This document shows positions 32,749 through 42,347 of a stretch of 64,000 nt of DNA, piece after piece. The DNA is from Candidatus Sericytochromatia bacterium. Lineage in GTDB: Bacteria; Cyanobacteriota; Sericytochromatia; S15B-MN24; UBA4093. The stretch lies in the NCBI GenBank assembly GCA_036676495.1, contig JAKFCT010000082.1, forward strand, positions 32,001-96,000, given 5' to 3'. A program made the position numbers and the translations under genes. The notes beneath the pieces were generated by a model. It was not told where the DNA came from. It saw nothing but the letters and a program-made list of their open reading frames with translations, and did no database searches. The stretch's first letter is position 1. Each line of letters opens with the position of its first letter.

Positions 32749-33636
32749 ATGCGCGAATTGAAGGTCTTTCCAAGTTTTGCGGCCAAGCCGGCCTTGCTTC
32801 CGGTCCTGGCGTTGGTCGGCGGAAGCCTCTCGCTGACGCTGGGGGCATCCTTTGCCAAGGGGCTTTTCCCCGTGGTGGGGGCGGCGGGAACGACCAGCTT
32901 CCGCACGGCGTTCGCGGCGATCCTCCTGCTGGCGCTCTGGAGACCGTGGCGCTTGCCGCTCTCGCGCCGCGACGCCGGGGCGATCGCCGCCTACGGCGCG
33001 GTGCTGGGCCTGATGAACCTGCTCTTTTACATGGCCTTGCGGACGATTCCCCTGGGGGTGGCGATCGCCATCGAGTTCGTCGGCCCGCTGGCGGTCGCGG
33101 TCGCCGCGTCGCGCCGCCGGGCGGATTACCTCTGGATCGGCTTCGCCGTGGTCGGGCTCTTGCTCTTGCTGCCGCTCGACGCGACGGGACCGCGCCTCGA
33201 CCCGGTCGGAGTCGCCTACGCCCTCGGGGCGGCCGTCTGCTGGGCCCTGTACATCGTCTTCGGCCAGCGGGCGGGAAGCGTCCATGGCGGGCAGGCGACC
33301 TCGCTGGGCATGACGGTGGCGGCCCTGGTGGTCTTTCCCTTCGGGCTGGCGCAGGCGGGGACGGCGCTCTTCGATCCGTCGCTCTTGCTCGCAGGCCTGG
33401 GCGTGGCCGTCTTGTCGAGCGCGCTGCCGTACTCTCTGGAGATGTTCGCCTTGACGCGCCTGCCCAAGCAAGCCTACGGCGTCTTGCTGAGCATGGAGCC
33501 TGCCGTGGGAGCGGTGGTGGCGTTGGTGCTGCTCGGGGAGGCGCTCTCGCCGCTTCAGTGGGGGGCGATCGCCTGCATCATGACCGCCTCGATCGGCACG
33601 GCGCGGGACGTGACGCCCGCGCCGCGTGACGCCTGA
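32749..33636 (+). CDS. EamA/RhtA-like DMT exporter
   Basis: About 10 TM helices; GASFAKGLF, MNLLFY, IEFVGP, PYSLEM, SMEPA. Confidence 0.88.
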   Translation: MRELKVFPSFAAKPALLPVLALVGGSLSLTLGASFAKGLFPVVGAAGTTSFRTAFAAILLLALWRPWRLPLSRRDAGAIAAYGAVLGLMNLLFYMALRTIPLGVAIAIEFVGPLAVAVAASRRRADYLWIGFAVVGLLLLLPLDATGPRLDPVGVAYALGAAVCWALYIVFGQRAGSVHGGQATSLGMTVAALVVFPFGLAQAGTALFDPSLLLAGLGVAVLSSALPYSLEMFALTRLPKQAYGVLLSMEPAVGAVVALVLLGEALSPLQWGAIACIMTASIGTARDVTPAPRDA

Positions 33637-33662
33637 GGAGCCGAGCCAAGGAGAACGCCTGA

Positions 33663-34283
33663 CTAGGCGGATTCCTTGCCGGGCATGGCGGCCAGGTGAT
33701 CGATGAAGCGGCTGATCTCCAGCGAGGTCAATTCGGAGCGGCTGAGCTTGTTGAAGGTCTTCAGCAAGTAGTCGCGGCCGTCCTTTTCGCTCCAGCCGAC
33801 CCGGGCCATCTCGGCGGCGACCTTGTTGATCTGCTTGGGGGTCGCGAGCCGGACGGGGGCGGCCGTGAGCGCGACCGTCTCTCCGTCGGAGTGGCTGTGC
33901 GTCCCGACGCCGTGCGTCCCGGCGCCATGCGTCCCGGCGCTCGCCGCTCCGGTATCGTCGAGCTCGACCACCGAGGTCATGCCGATGTTCACCGCGTCCC
34001 GGAAGGCCCGGGCCTTGGCGCGGGTCTCGGCCATGCGGATGAGGTGCTTGGCGATCATGGAATTGACGTTCTGGGGGTTGGCGTCGCCGATGCCGGCGAA
34101 GACCTTTCCTCCTTCGAGCTCGACCTCGGCGGTGACCACCGCGGTCTGGCCGTTAGAGGCGTCGGGAAGCTGCACCAGGCGGGTCCGGATGGCTTTCAGG
34201 CCCCGGGCATGGGCCTCGCTGAGCAGGCCTTCGTAGGTGATGAATTCCTGACCCTGCAGGGAGATGACGTGACGCTTGTCCAA
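33663..34283 (-). CDS. Putative Rad52/Sak-like ssDNA-annealing protein
   Basis: EFITYEGLL..AH, beta strands AVVTAEV / FAGIGDA, helix RMAETRAKARAFRDAVNIG, and C-terminal ATPKQ...ELTSLEISRFID; GGAAGGA RBS before TTG. Family call is from motif memory. Confidence 0.65.
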   Translation of the reverse strand: MDKRHVISLQGQEFITYEGLLSEAHARGLKAIRTRLVQLPDASNGQTAVVTAEVELEGGKVFAGIGDANPQNVNSMIAKHLIRMAETRAKARAFRDAVNIGMTSVVELDDTGAASAGTHGAGTHGVGTHSHSDGETVALTAAPVRLATPKQINKVAAEMARVGWSEKDGRDYLLKTFNKLSRSELTSLEISRFIDHLAAMPGKESA

Positions 34284-34356
34284 AGATTCCTTCCTTTGCT
34301 CTACGGATGCGCATAGGGGGGAAACCCTCTCGCAGAGAGCTTTATACCCGGTTTTT

Positions 34357-34370
34357 CGAACATCTATTCG
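34357..34370. promoter_or_regulatory. Candidate LexA (Cheo-type) operator in the promoter of 33663-34283
   Basis: Minus strand CGAATAGATGTTCG, 10 nt upstream of a TATAAA -10 (34341-34346). Confidence 0.6.
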
Positions 34371-34608
34371 ATTTCGGGCGGCGCGCGCATGGGGATAGGA
34401 GGGGCTGCGCGTGCGTGTTATACTGGTTACGTATCAGTTGAGAAAGGGTTAACCTGGGATGCCGGGATCGGCATGGGCGCGGGAGACCGTCGTCCGTCGA
34501 GCACGGGACAGTGTAAGGCTCAAGGTCGGGTGGCCTACCACCCTCCGAGGGTCAAGACCCATCGACCCGCCGCAGGCGAGGCCTGCCGGGCTGTAGGAAG
34601 GAACCATC

Positions 34609-34875
34609 ATGCTGCTTAAAGAGAAGAAGCTCGAGATCATCAACGAGCACAAGCTCCACGAGGGCGACACCGGGTCGCCGGAAGTCCAGATCGCGATCCT
34701 GAGCGCCGACATCGACCGCCTCAGCACGCATCTCACGGCCAACAAGAAGGACTTCGCGTCCCGTCGGGGCCTGCTCAAGATGGTCGGCCAGCGTCGCCGC
34801 CTCTTGAACTACCTGATGAAGAAGGATGTGCAGCGCTACCGCGCCATCGTCGCCAAGCTTGGCCTTCGCCGCTAA
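34609..34875 (+). CDS. rpsO: 30S ribosomal protein S15
   Basis: [39 protein letters not shown]. Confidence 0.98.
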   Translation: MLLKEKKLEIINEHKLHEGDTGSPEVQIAILSADIDRLSTHLTANKKDFASRRGLLKMVGQRRRLLNYLMKKDVQRYRAIVAKLGLRR

Positions 34876-35044
34876 GGGGCCGCGGCTCGTTCCGCACCCA
34901 TTGCCTTGAAGCCCGCTCTGTCCCACGGGCCGCTCGAACTCGATCTTGATTGAGCTCTTCGGCCCTGGGCAGGCGGGTTTCGACCGTTATACAGGGTCGA
35001 AACCGCGACACAGCAAGCCTGTAAGCAAAGAATTGGAAGAGAAG

Positions 35045-37177
35045 ATGAGTAACGAAGTGAAGACCTACCGCTATACCCTCGATGGCCAGGAAATCGAGAT
35101 GACCTTCGGCAAGTATGCCGGCCAGGCCAACTCCTCGGTTTTCGTCCAGTGCGGCGGCACCGCCGTCCTGGTGATGGCCACCATGAGCAAGAAGCCCCGT
35201 GAGGGAATCGACTTCTTCCCCCTGGTGGTGGACTACGAGGAGAAGCTTTACGCGGTGGGCCGCGTTCCGGGCAGCTTCCTGCGCCGCGAAGGCCGGGGTT
35301 CGGAGAATGCGATCCTCAGCGGCCGCCTGATCGACCGCTCGATCCGCCCGCTTTTCCCCAACGGCTTCCGTAACGACGTCCAGGTCGTCGCCTACGTCAT
35401 GAGCTCGGATCAGCAGGTCCAGCCCGACGTGCTCGCGATGGTCGGCGCCTCGGCCGCCCTGGTCACTTCGGACATCCCCTTCTCGGGCCCGGTCGCAGGC
35501 GTTCGCGTCGGCCGGATCGACGGCGAGTGGATCGTCAACCCCACCTTCTCCGAGATCGAAGAGTCCGACATGGACCTGGTCGTCGCCGGGACCGCCGACG
35601 CCGTCATGATGGTCGAGGCCGGCATCAACATCGTCCCCGAGGACGAGGTCCTCGACGGCATCGCCGTGGGCTGGGACGCCGTCAAGGAACTCTGCGAGTG
35701 GCAGGAGCAGATCATCAAGGAGATCGGCAAGGCCAAGCTCGAAGTCTCCAACGTCGAGCTCGACCCCCGCATGGTGAACTTCCTCGAGGGCTACATGGAT
35801 CGCATGACCACGGTCATGCAGAACCCCGACAAGGCTGCGCGCTCCAGCGCCGTCGAAGCCGTCAACGAGGAGATCACCGGCGCCCTGGCCGCCCTTCCCG
35901 AAGGCGACGAGCTCCGCGAGCTGGTCATGGCCAACCCCAAGCTGATCGCCGATGGCCTCTACTGGATCGAGAAGAAGACCCTGCGCAAGCTGGTCACCGA
36001 GAAGGGCATCCGGATCGACGGGCGCAAGCTCAACGAGATCCGCGCCATCTCCGTCGAGGTCGGCGTGCTGCCCCGCACCCACGGCACCGGCCTCTTCCGC
36101 CGCGGCCAGACCCAGGTCCTCTCGGTGGCGACCCTCGGCTCGACCGGCGACGCCCAGAAGATCGACTCGATCGACCCCATCGCGACCAAGCGCTACATGC
36201 ACCACTACAACTTCCCCGGCTTCTCGGTCGGTGAGGTGAAGCCCCAGCGCGGTCCCGGCCGCCGCGAGATCGGCCACGGCGCCCTCGCCGAGCGCGCCAT
36301 CCTCCCGGTCCTCCCCTCGGCCGAGGAGTTCCCCTACGCCCTGCGCGTGGTCTCCGAGGTGCTCGAGTCCAACGGCTCGACCTCGATGGCCTCGACCTGC
36401 GGCTCGACGCTGGCCCTGATGGACGCGGGCGTCCCCCTCAAGGCTCCCGTCGCCGGCATCGCGATGGGTCTCATCAAGGAAGGCGAGCGCTTCGCCGTCC
36501 TCACCGACATCCAGGGCATCGAGGATCACCTCGGCGACATGGACTTCAAGGTGACCGGCACCAAGGAAGGCATCACCGCCCTCCAGATGGACATCAAGAT
36601 CCACGGCATCTCCCTCGAGATCATGGAGACCGCGCTGGAGCAGGCGCTCCAGGCCCGCCTCTTCATCCTCGACAAGATGACCGCGGTCATGCCCGAGCCC
36701 CGCACGGAGATGAGCCCGTACGCTCCGCGGATCATCACCCTCAAGATCAACCCCGACAAGATCGGCGCCCTGATCGGCCCCGGCGGCAAGAACATCAAGA
36801 AGATCGTCGAGGAGACCGGCGTCAAGATCGACATCGAGGATGACGGCTCCGTCTTCATCACCACGGCGGACGCCGAGGCGGCCCGCAAGGCCACCGCGGC
36901 GGTGGGTCGCTTCACCCGCGAGGCCGAGGTCGGCGGTATCTACAAGGGCAAGGTCACCCGCCTCATGAACTTCGGCGCCTTCGTCGAGATCATGCCCGGC
37001 AAGGAAGGCCTGGTCCACATCTCGCAGCTCGCCCCCGAGCGGGTCGCGAAGGTCGAAGACGTCGTCAAGGTGGGCGACGAGGTGGTCGTCAAGGTCGTCG
37101 AGATCGACAACCAGGGCCGCGTCAACCTCACCATCAAGGGCGTCAACGCCGAAGAGAAGCAGAAGGTTGGCGTCTAG
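35045..37177 (+). CDS. pnp: Polyribonucleotide nucleotidyltransferase
   Basis: [49 protein letters not shown]; KH and S1 domains. Confidence 0.98.
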   Translation: MSNEVKTYRYTLDGQEIEMTFGKYAGQANSSVFVQCGGTAVLVMATMSKKPREGIDFFPLVVDYEEKLYAVGRVPGSFLRREGRGSENAILSGRLIDRSIRPLFPNGFRNDVQVVAYVMSSDQQVQPDVLAMVGASAALVTSDIPFSGPVAGVRVGRIDGEWIVNPTFSEIEESDMDLVVAGTADAVMMVEAGINIVPEDEVLDGIAVGWDAVKELCEWQEQIIKEIGKAKLEVSNVELDPRMVNFLEGYMDRMTTVMQNPDKAARSSAVEAVNEEITGALAALPEGDELRELVMANPKLIADGLYWIEKKTLRKLVTEKGIRIDGRKLNEIRAISVEVGVLPRTHGTGLFRRGQTQVLSVATLGSTGDAQKIDSIDPIATKRYMHHYNFPGFSVGEVKPQRGPGRREIGHGALAERAILPVLPSAEEFPYALRVVSEVLESNGSTSMASTCGSTLALMDAGVPLKAPVAGIAMGLIKEGERFAVLTDIQGIEDHLGDMDFKVTGTKEGITALQMDIKIHGISLEIMETALEQALQARLFILDKMTAVMPEPRTEMSPYAPRIITLKINPDKIGALIGPGGKNIKKIVEETGVKIDIEDDGSVFITTADAEAARKATAAVGRFTREAEVGGIYKGKVTRLMNFGAFVEIMPGKEGLVHISQLAPERVAKVEDVVKVGDEVVVKVVEIDNQGRVNLTIKGVNAEEKQKVGV

Positions 37178-37192
37178 TCGCTAGCCTCTCAG

Positions 37193-37226
37193 CGGACCGG
37201 GGAGCTTCGGCTTCCCGGTCCGTTTC
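37193..37226 (+). terminator. Intrinsic terminator after pnp
   Basis: CGGACCGGGGAGC-TTCG-GCTTCCCGGTCCG-TTT. Confidence 0.75.
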
Positions 37227-37241
37227 CCCATGGGAGGGGCC

Positions 37242-37278
37242 GTGGGGCGGGCCTGTGGGGCGGGCCTCCGTGCCCGCC
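37242..37278 (+). repeat. GTGG-headed REP-like palindrome with duplicated 13-bp head
   Basis: GTGGGGCGGGCCT-GTGGGGCGGGCCTCCGTGCCCGCC; matches 16896-16919. Confidence 0.7.
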
Positions 37279-37440
37279 CTGCATCGATGGTTTCGTGCTT
37301 GAACTCAGTGGCTGCGGCCCTCACAGCCAGCCTGAATGCACGAGGCGGCGCGGTTTATGCATTAGAATGAGGGCAGTGATGACTCAGGATGGCTGCATCC
37401 ACGTCGCGGGTGGGTTCCCGCGTAGCAAGGGCCGGCATTG

Positions 37441-38706
37441 ATGGAAAACCGTGAGCAGAAGTTCGTCCTCTCCAACGGGGTGAGGGTGCTGATCGAGGAA
37501 ATCCCGCACGTCCGCTCCGCCTCGGTGGGGTTCTGGGTCGACGCGGGGACCAAGGATGAGTCCGCGTCGAACAACGGGATCTCCCACTTCATCGAGCACA
37601 TGATGTTCAAGGGGACCGCCACGCGGAGTGCCCTCGAAATCGCCCGCTCGCTGGAGGATACCGGAGGCGCCCTGAACGCCTTCACCGACAAGGAGAACAC
37701 CTGCTACTACGCGCGGGTGCTCGACGATCAGGTGCCCTTGGCCATCGACGTGCTCTCCGACATGCTCATGCACTCCGCCATGGATCCCGCGGAGCTGAAG
37801 CGCGAGAAGCAGGTGGTGATCGAGGAGATCAAGATGTACGAGGACCAGCCCGACGAGCTGGTTCAGGACATGTTCAGCGAGGCCTTCTGGGGCGACCACC
37901 CCCTGGGCCGCCCCATCGTGGGCACGCGCCAGACGGTCCGCGGCACCCGCCGCGAGGACATCTTCGATTACCTCGACCGCAACTACTCCCCCGACCGGAT
38001 CGTCGTCTCGATCGCCGGGAACGTGGATACCGCCCAGGTGCTCGACCAGCTCGAATCGACCATCGGCCAGCTGAAGCGCCCCGGCGAGCAGCGCCTCCTC
38101 ACCGGGCCCGCGAACCTCATCAACACCAAGATCAAGTACAAGGACATCGAGCAGGTCCACCTCTGCATGGGCACCCCGGGCATCGTGGCCACCGACCCCG
38201 ATCGCTACGTCCTCGCCGTGATCGACTCCATCCTCGGAGGCGGCATGAGCTCGCGCCTCTTCCAGGAAGTCCGCGAGAAGCGGGGCCTGGCCTACTCGAT
38301 CTCCTCCTACGAGATCATGTACGCCAAGGCCGGCGTCTTCGGGGTCTACGCCGGCTGCTCCCCCAAGCATGCCGATCAGGTCGTGGACTTGGTGGTCTCC
38401 GAGCTGGAGAAGGTCAAGGCCGACGGCTTCTCGGACGAGGAGCTGCGACGCGCCAAGGATCAGCTCCGGGGCGGCATGCTGCTCGCGATGGAGACGCCGC
38501 GGCACCGCATGAGCCGCATGGCCCGTAACGAGCTCTACTTCGGCCGCCTGGTCTCGACCGACGAGGTGATCGCCGACATGGAGCGCGTGACCCTGGCGGA
38601 CGTCAAGCGGGTGGCCAACCGGATCTTCGATACCCAGCGGATGACCATGACGGTCGTCGGCCCGGTCCGCAAGATCAAGATGCCGACCCTGGAGAAGGCC
38701 AGCTAA
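37441..38706 (+). CDS. M16-family zinc peptidase
   Basis: Inverted zinc motif HFIEH-MMFKGT, NAFTDKE, GGGMSSRLFQEVRE. Confidence 0.95.
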   Translation: MENREQKFVLSNGVRVLIEEIPHVRSASVGFWVDAGTKDESASNNGISHFIEHMMFKGTATRSALEIARSLEDTGGALNAFTDKENTCYYARVLDDQVPLAIDVLSDMLMHSAMDPAELKREKQVVIEEIKMYEDQPDELVQDMFSEAFWGDHPLGRPIVGTRQTVRGTRREDIFDYLDRNYSPDRIVVSIAGNVDTAQVLDQLESTIGQLKRPGEQRLLTGPANLINTKIKYKDIEQVHLCMGTPGIVATDPDRYVLAVIDSILGGGMSSRLFQEVREKRGLAYSISSYEIMYAKAGVFGVYAGCSPKHADQVVDLVVSELEKVKADGFSDEELRRAKDQLRGGMLLAMETPRHRMSRMARNELYFGRLVSTDEVIADMERVTLADVKRVANRIFDTQRMTMTVVGPVRKIKMPTLEKAS

Positions 38707-38850
38707 TCTTCCCTGTCTTGTCCCCCCTTGATGGGGGGACCGGCGAAGCCGAGGGGGGTGTTAGCCGGCGAAGCCATGGCGCTCCGCGATAGGGAACCTG
38801 GGAGCAGTAACACCCCCCTGTGGTCCCCCCGTTGAGGGGGGACAAGAGAC
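38704..38850. repeat. Nested-palindrome REP/MITE-like element, copy 3 (shortened right arm)
   Basis: TAATCTTCCCTGTCTTGTCCCCCCTTGATGGGGGGACC...GGAACCTGGGAGCAGTAACAC...GGGGGGACAAGA. Confidence 0.88.
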
Positions 38851-38855
38851 GTCAC

Positions 38856-39287
38856 ATGCACGACACCATCACCATTCGCTTCCAGTGCCTCAGCGATCGC
38901 GCCCGTCCTCCCCTGGTCAGCCAGGAAGGGGATGTGGCGGCCGATCTCTTCGCCGCCGCCGAGGTGGTGATCCCGGCACGCGGGCGCGCCATGGTTCCCA
39001 CGGATCTGGCGCTCGAGTTGCCGCCTGGCTTCCGGGCTCGGATCCACTCGCGCTCGGGCCTCAGCCTGAAGCATGGCATCGAGGCGGGGGCGGGGCTCAT
39101 CGACAACGGCTATCGCCATGCGGTCGGCGTCCTTCTGTACAACCACTCGGACGTCGATTACTCTGTGGCCGAGGGCGATCGCATCGCCCAGCTCTGCATC
39201 GAGCGCTACACGCATCCGATCTTCGAAGCGGTGGAGCGGGTTGCACCCACGCCGCGGACCGAAGGCTGGGGCTCTTCCGGATCGTAA
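38856..39287 (+). CDS. dut: dUTP diphosphatase (trimeric)
   Basis: AADL, RSGLS, GLIDNGYR, GDRIAQL, C-terminal R.EGWGSSG. Confidence 0.92.
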   Translation: MHDTITIRFQCLSDRARPPLVSQEGDVAADLFAAAEVVIPARGRAMVPTDLALELPPGFRARIHSRSGLSLKHGIEAGAGLIDNGYRHAVGVLLYNHSDVDYSVAEGDRIAQLCIERYTHPIFEAVERVAPTPRTEGWGSSGS

Positions 39288-39388
39288 GTCCGACGACGGA
39301 GAAAATCGAGGCGAAATGCGGCTCTTCCCCCATCCTGAGAGGCGAGGCCTTGGTGTATGATGAGGGGGATGAAAGGAGCCGGTGCGCC

Positions 39389-40297
39389 ATGACTGACGGG
39401 GCCGAGACCCAGCAGGCCGAGACCCAGACCACCGAGACCCGAGGGGCCAAGACCCCGCGGGCCGGGACCCAACAGGCCGGGACCGATGCGGCTCCGGGGG
39501 CCAAGATTCGCGTGGCCGTGGCCGGAGCGTCCGGCAAGATGGGGCGCGAGATCGTCAAGGCCATCGCGCAGTCGTCCGAGATGACTTTGGTGGCGGCGAT
39601 CGCCCGCCGTCAGGCCGGCGAGGACGCCGGGACGGTCGCGGGCCTCTCTCCCTTGGGCGTCTCGATCGTGCCGCAGCTCAGCGAGGCCCTCGTGCAGGGC
39701 GGCATCGACGTCCTGGTGGACGTGACCACGCCGCAGGCCGCGGCCGGCCATGCCCTGGAAGCCCTGACGGCCCGAGTTCGCCCCGTGATCGGCACGACCG
39801 GCCTCAGCGCCCATGAGATCCAGGAGATCACGCACGCCAGCCAGAAGCGGGGCCTGGGAGCCATCCTCGCCCCCAACTTCGCCATCGGCGCCATCCTCAT
39901 GATGAAGTTCGCCCAGGAGGCGGCCAAGCACTTCGCGAACGCCGAGATCCTGGAGCTGCATCATAACCAGAAGGCGGATGCCCCCTCGGGGACGGCCCTC
40001 AAGACCGCGGAGCTGATGCGGGAGTCGCGGGCCGCCTTCGGGCTGGACAACGCGCATGAGGTATCGAAGATCGCCGGCGCGCGCGGGGCCGAGGCCCCGG
40101 GCGGCATCCACATCCACAGCATCCGGCTTCCCGGCCTGGTCGCGCACCAGGAGGTCATCTTCGGAGGCCTCGGCCAGACGCTCACGATCCGGCATGATTC
40201 CCTCAGCCGGGAGAGCTTCATGCCGGGCGTCCTCTTCTCGGTTCGCAAGGTCATGGAGCTCGACCATTTCGTCTACGGCCTGGAGCAGATCCTCTAG
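39389..40297 (+). CDS. dapB: 4-hydroxy-tetrahydrodipicolinate reductase with repetitive N-terminal extension
   Basis: GASGKMG, IGTTG, APNFAIG, ELHHNQKADAPSGTA; AAGGAG RBS. Confidence 0.95.
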   Translation: MTDGAETQQAETQTTETRGAKTPRAGTQQAGTDAAPGAKIRVAVAGASGKMGREIVKAIAQSSEMTLVAAIARRQAGEDAGTVAGLSPLGVSIVPQLSEALVQGGIDVLVDVTTPQAAAGHALEALTARVRPVIGTTGLSAHEIQEITHASQKRGLGAILAPNFAIGAILMMKFAQEAAKHFANAEILELHHNQKADAPSGTALKTAELMRESRAAFGLDNAHEVSKIAGARGAEAPGGIHIHSIRLPGLVAHQEVIFGGLGQTLTIRHDSLSRESFMPGVLFSVRKVMELDHFVYGLEQIL

Positions 40298-40316
40298 CCC
40301 GCGCCGGCGGCGCGTC

Positions 40317-41384
40317 ATGAAGGAGGTCCCCTTGAATCGGTATCACGTCGCGATCCTCGGAGCCACGGGCATGGTCGGCCAGGAGATGCTGGAGATCCTG
40401 CTGGATCGGGGCTTTCCGGCCGAGCGGATCACGCTCCTCGCCTCCGAGCGCTCGGCGGGCAGGACCGTGACGTGCCGAGGCCGGGACTTCACGGTGGAGC
40501 GGGCCTGCCCCGAGGCCTTCGAGGGGGTGGATGTCGTCCTGGCGTCGGCCGGCGGCTCGGTGAGCGCGGCGCTGGCCCCGGAGGCGGTGAAGCGCGGCGC
40601 GGTCGTGATCGACAATACCTCCCACTTCCGCATGGATCCGACCGTCCCCCTGGTGATCCCCGAGATCAACGCGCAGGCCCTGGAAGGGCATCACGGGATC
40701 GTCGCCAACCCCAACTGCTCGACCGCCATCCTCCTGATGGCCCTCAACCCGCTTCGCAAGCGCTTCAACGTCGAGCGCGTCCTCGTCTCCACGTACCAGT
40801 CGGTCTCGGGAGCCGGCAAGGAAGCCGTCGACGAGCTCCGGATGCAGACCGCCGCCCAATTGAGCGGGGAGGACCTGGCGCCGGCGGCCCTCTCCCGGCC
40901 GATCGCCTTCAACCTGATTCCGCAGATCGATGCCTTCCTGGACTCCGGTTACACCAAGGAGGAGATGAAGTTCACGAACGAGACTCGCAAGATCTTCGAG
41001 GCGCCGGAGTTCCGGATCTCGGGGACCTGCGTGCGGGTGCCGGTCGCGGTCGGCCATGCGATGACGGTGAACGTGGAGTTCGACCGGCCGGTCTCGCCGG
41101 AGGAAGTCCGCGATGCCCTCTCCGAGGCCCCCGGCGTCCGCGTCATGGACGATCCGAAGCTCATGGCCTACCCGCAGCCGACCGATGCCGCCGGCCTCGA
41201 CGAGGTGCTGGTCGGCCGGATCCGCGGGGACGTCTCCCATCCGCATGGGATCAACCTCTGGGTGGTGGGCGACAACCTTCGCAAGGGAGCGGCGCTCAAC
41301 GCCGTCCAGATCGCCGAGGCGATGCACCGGCGCGGCCTCCTGCAGGCGCGGCGGCCCGCCTTGTCTGCTGATCCCCAGTCGTAG
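40317..41384 (+). CDS. asd: Aspartate-semialdehyde dehydrogenase
   Basis: GATGMVG, ANPNCST, TYQSVSGAG, CVRVPV, DNLRKGAALNAVQIAE. True start may be TTG 40332, after AGGAGG. Confidence 0.96.
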   Translation: MKEVPLNRYHVAILGATGMVGQEMLEILLDRGFPAERITLLASERSAGRTVTCRGRDFTVERACPEAFEGVDVVLASAGGSVSAALAPEAVKRGAVVIDNTSHFRMDPTVPLVIPEINAQALEGHHGIVANPNCSTAILLMALNPLRKRFNVERVLVSTYQSVSGAGKEAVDELRMQTAAQLSGEDLAPAALSRPIAFNLIPQIDAFLDSGYTKEEMKFTNETRKIFEAPEFRISGTCVRVPVAVGHAMTVNVEFDRPVSPEEVRDALSEAPGVRVMDDPKLMAYPQPTDAAGLDEVLVGRIRGDVSHPHGINLWVVGDNLRKGAALNAVQIAEAMHRRGLLQARRPALSADPQS

Positions 41385-41446
41385 CGCGCCTCTCGGTGGA
41401 CTCCGTCCGCCAAAGGTGAGAAGATAAGAGGATTCAAGGAGTGACG

Positions 41447-42346
41447 ATGAAAACCTTCGGCCGCGTTTTGACCGCCATGGTGACCCCCTTCGATGCGGAG
41501 GGCCGCGTCGACGTCGCGCAGGCCAAGCGGCTCGCGACGCAGCTCCTGGACAACGGCTCGGACGGCATCGTGGTGGTGGGCACCACCGGCGAGTCGCCCA
41601 CGCTCAGCCACGAGGAGAAGCTCGCGATGTTCGCCGCGGTCGTCGAGGCCGCCCAGGGGCGCGGCGCGGTCATCGCGGGGACGGGATCCAACGATACCGC
41701 CGCCACCGTCGCGCTCACCCAGGACGCCGAGCGGCTCGGCTGCGACGGGATCCTCTTGATCTCGCCCTACTACAACAAGCCCAACCAGGAAGGCCTGTAC
41801 CGGCATTTCCGGACGGCCGCCGAGGCCACCCGCCTGCCGGTGATCCTGTATAACCACCCGCCCCGGACCGGGGTGGCGATCGCCCCGGAGACCGTCGCGC
41901 GTCTCGCGCAGGTCTCCAACATCGTGGGGCTCAAGGACTCCTCGGCCAGCCTCGACGTCGCCTCCGATTTCCGGAAGGTGACGCCCGATAGCTTCCTGCT
42001 TTATTCGGGCAACGACTCCCTCACCCTCCCGATGCTCGCCATCGGCGGCTACGGCGTGATCTCGGTGGCCACCCACGTGGTCGGCAACGAGGTGCGCGCC
42101 ATGGTGGACGCCACCCTGCGCGGGGACTGGGAGGAAGCCCGTCGGATCCACTTCCGGCTCTGGGATATTTTCAACGGATTGTTCATGGCGCCGTCCCCCG
42201 CCCCCGTCAAGGAAGCCCTCTCGATGACGGGCTTGCCGGTGGGGGGAGTGCGCCTGCCCCTCGTCGAGCTCACGGCGGAGGAACGCCGCCGCCTCGCGGG
42301 GATGATGCATGACCTGGGCCTCATGAAGGCCCCTGCGGAGGTTTAA
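41447..42346 (+). CDS. dapA: 4-hydroxy-tetrahydrodipicolinate synthase
   Basis: AMVTPF, GTTGES, PYYNKP, LYN.P.RT, GLKDS. Confidence 0.96.
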   Translation: MKTFGRVLTAMVTPFDAEGRVDVAQAKRLATQLLDNGSDGIVVVGTTGESPTLSHEEKLAMFAAVVEAAQGRGAVIAGTGSNDTAATVALTQDAERLGCDGILLISPYYNKPNQEGLYRHFRTAAEATRLPVILYNHPPRTGVAIAPETVARLAQVSNIVGLKDSSASLDVASDFRKVTPDSFLLYSGNDSLTLPMLAIGGYGVISVATHVVGNEVRAMVDATLRGDWEEARRIHFRLWDIFNGLFMAPSPAPVKEALSMTGLPVGGVRLPLVELTAEERRRLAGMMHDLGLMKAPAEV

Positions 42347-42347
42347 T

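Noticed and set aside
34560-34608. SRP-RNA-like GGAAGGAA motif
   Set aside because: It lacks the SRP helix 8 context and is simply the rpsO RBS.
37280-37440. Possible ncRNA between pnp and the M16 peptidase
   Set aside because: Only an imperfect GC-rich hairpin with no recognisable family motif.
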